Of a stretch of DNA of 64,000 nucleotides, positions 62,387 through 64,000 are shown piece after piece. The position numbers and the translations under genes were made by a program. The notes below the pieces were generated by a model that saw nothing but the letters and a program-made list of their open reading frames with translations, had not been told where the DNA came from and made no database searches. Location: contig CAVULX010000002.1 in the NCBI GenBank assembly GCA_963742415.1, positions 96,001 through 160,000 of the forward strand, in the 5' to 3' direction. Origin of the DNA: an uncultured Parachlamydiaceae bacterium. Its GTDB lineage: Bacteria > Chlamydiota > Chlamydiia > Chlamydiales > Parachlamydiaceae. Each line of letters starts with the position of its first letter. The first letter of the stretch is position 1.

Positions 62387-63415
62387 TTAAATCCAATTTG
62401 TCTCTTTTAGATGTTTCCAAGTTATTTCAATGTGATCTGGGTTGAATTTTCTTTTTTTCAAATCGTTCCATTTGTGTATTAAGTCTATAGCCTCGCTTAA
62501 ATCTTTGGCTTTGTGGCTTGAATGATGAACAATCCAGTGTACAGTAGTGAGTAATTCCAACCCGTATGGCGTTTCAAACCCTTCTATTAGGTTCTCTACC
62601 AATTTAAGACGAGCCAAGGCATCGGTATCATCCTTAAGAAATTCATTTGCTTCGTCTACTACATTGTTGACTAGCTTAATATCTGTATTAGGTTTTGGGT
62701 TGGCGCTATCAAATCCTCTAATAAAGTGACCCTCCATTGCACTTAAGGCCTTGTTTAAATTATTTGCAAAGGGACCATAGTGTCCTTGTTCAAATTTTAA
62801 CTTTAAGGGTTCTCCAGACTCTTGAAGCAAGTAGGCAAGCTTTTGAATTTCAAGAAGACTCAAAAGATATTGAAGTTCCTTGTAACGCCATATCAATTTG
62901 ATGAGCAACGCACGAGCTCTGGTTAGTCTTGGTTTTGTCATCTGCTCGTCAACAGTATTCTTATAAATATTTGGTTCAATGATTTTAAGTTCAACGTCTA
63001 CACCTTTGAATGTATCAATAATTAATTTACGTACATCTGGCCAATGCAATTTACCATTACCACATCCCAAGGGAGGAACTGCAATGGATTTAATCTTAAG
63101 CTGATTCACAATTCTAACAAGATCCTTTAAGCCTGATTGAATGTCTTCAATCTTTGAATTTTCTTTCCAGTGTCGTTTGGTGGGAAAATTTAGAATGAAT
63201 TTAGGGTTTTCTAAGAATCCAACTTCGTAAATAAAAATATGTCCTGGTCGGACTTTTCCTAAACAACAGGCTTTTTTGTAAGCATTGAAATTTTCTGGAA
63301 AAGCCTGTTTGAATTGTAGAGCAAGACCCTTACCCATAATCCCGACACAATTAACTGTATTGACTAATGCTTCTGCATCAATCTCGAAAATATTTTTATT
63401 AATGACTTCGTGCAT
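62387..63415 (-). CDS. darG: DarG antitoxin (macrodomain ADP-ribosylglycohydrolase + DarG C-terminal domain)
   Basis: ALVNTVNCVGIMGKGLALQFK, NFPTKRHW, PPLGCGNG; EIQKLAYLLQ, YGPFA, GFETPYGLELLTTVHW. Confidence 0.93.
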   Translation of the reverse strand: MHEVINKNIFEIDAEALVNTVNCVGIMGKGLALQFKQAFPENFNAYKKACCLGKVRPGHIFIYEVGFLENPKFILNFPTKRHWKENSKIEDIQSGLKDLVRIVNQLKIKSIAVPPLGCGNGKLHWPDVRKLIIDTFKGVDVELKIIEPNIYKNTVDEQMTKPRLTRARALLIKLIWRYKELQYLLSLLEIQKLAYLLQESGEPLKLKFEQGHYGPFANNLNKALSAMEGHFIRGFDSANPKPNTDIKLVNNVVDEANEFLKDDTDALARLKLVENLIEGFETPYGLELLTTVHWIVHHSSHKAKDLSEAIDLIHKWNDLKKRKFNPDHIEITWKHLKETNWI

Positions 63416-63417
63416 AA

Positions 63418-64000
63418 TTAGTAAAACCAACCCTTGATAACTCGCACAGGTACACGCAAATCAATAGGATAAGATTCCAAAATATTTACAACATGGCTTT
63501 CAATTAAAGGATTGATAACAACGATTCCCCGAATTTGCGACCAACTACAGAATTTATAAATTAGGCACTCTGCCTGCTTCCGTCGTTGTCTATCATTGTC
63601 CTCAGTTGTATCATTCCATTTTTTCTGATTGACTATTTTCCAATCAATTTTGTCAAGATCCTTAATATCGTCAAACCATTTCGTAACAGATTTGACACCG
63701 TGACCATCAGAAAAAACAAAGTCTCCTTTATTAAAATTTTCTATGTGTGAGACAAGATACATAATTGGGTCTTGCCCTTCATTATATCCTTTCACCTGTC
63801 CGCTAATTAACTTTAAGAGCATGGGTGAATGGGTGCCAAAATAAAAAGGCACATAGTCATGTAAGCATCCTTTGGGACCAACTTTGATTTCCTTAGCTTT
63901 TCGTTTTTTTTGGATTTCTACATCGTGGATAGGTTTATAATTTTGGCTATCCCTAGGTTCATGATTAGGGGCATGTAATCCCTTGCGATTAAGTAAGATT
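63418..64000 (-). CDS. darT: DarT DNA ADP-ribosyltransferase toxin (5' end beyond the window)
   Basis: LHDYVPFYFGTHSPML, FVFSDGH, RRKQAECL; directly upstream of darG; frame open to the window edge. Confidence 0.9.
   Translation of the reverse strand, partial: ILLNRKGLHAPNHEPRDSQNYKPIHDVEIQKKRKAKEIKVGPKGCLHDYVPFYFGTHSPMLLKLISGQVKGYNEGQDPIMYLVSHIENFNKGDFVFSDGHGVKSVTKWFDDIKDLDKIDWKIVNQKKWNDTTEDNDRQRRKQAECLIYKFCSWSQIRGIVVINPLIESHVVNILESYPIDLRVPVRVIKGWFY

Overview
Window from an environmental Chlamydiae (Parachlamydiales-like) chromosome. This is inferred from chlamydial gene order: maf-HEAT-lptD; rpsA-nusA-infB-rbfA-truB-ribF; rpmE2-prfA-prmC-ffh-rpsP-trmD-rplS-rnhB with no rimM. Accessory DNA sits between the core blocks. 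(i) 6.4-12.7 kb: toxin-antitoxin-rich islet with HigBA-like and AbiE-like pairs, a hipA-like remnant and an IS607 (tnpA+tnpB). (ii) 17.6-20.6 kb: islet bounded by a 113-bp duplication of the ribF 3' end, with a second IS607 copy that interrupts an ORF, and a decayed TA pair. (iii) 38.8-47.4 kb: surface-glycan cluster. (iv) A ~13.5-kb phage-satellite/PICI-like element integrated in tRNA-Thr(CGT), with 47-bp attL/attR at 47479 and 61004. It carries an integrase, an AlpA-like protein, a TOPRIM primase/DUF3987 helicase, an iteron-like origin, an HGGxSTG protein, and cargo: a DUF2608 pair, a Schlafen/AlbA_2 ATPase, and a lysozyme-like/DUF3892/lipase fusion with a membrane partner. (v) A DarTG pair at the right edge. 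Single-base frameshifts in essential genes (trmD twice, ffh) point to indel errors in the consensus, so all frameshift calls are provisional. Family assignments come from motif recognition by eye; no database searches were run.
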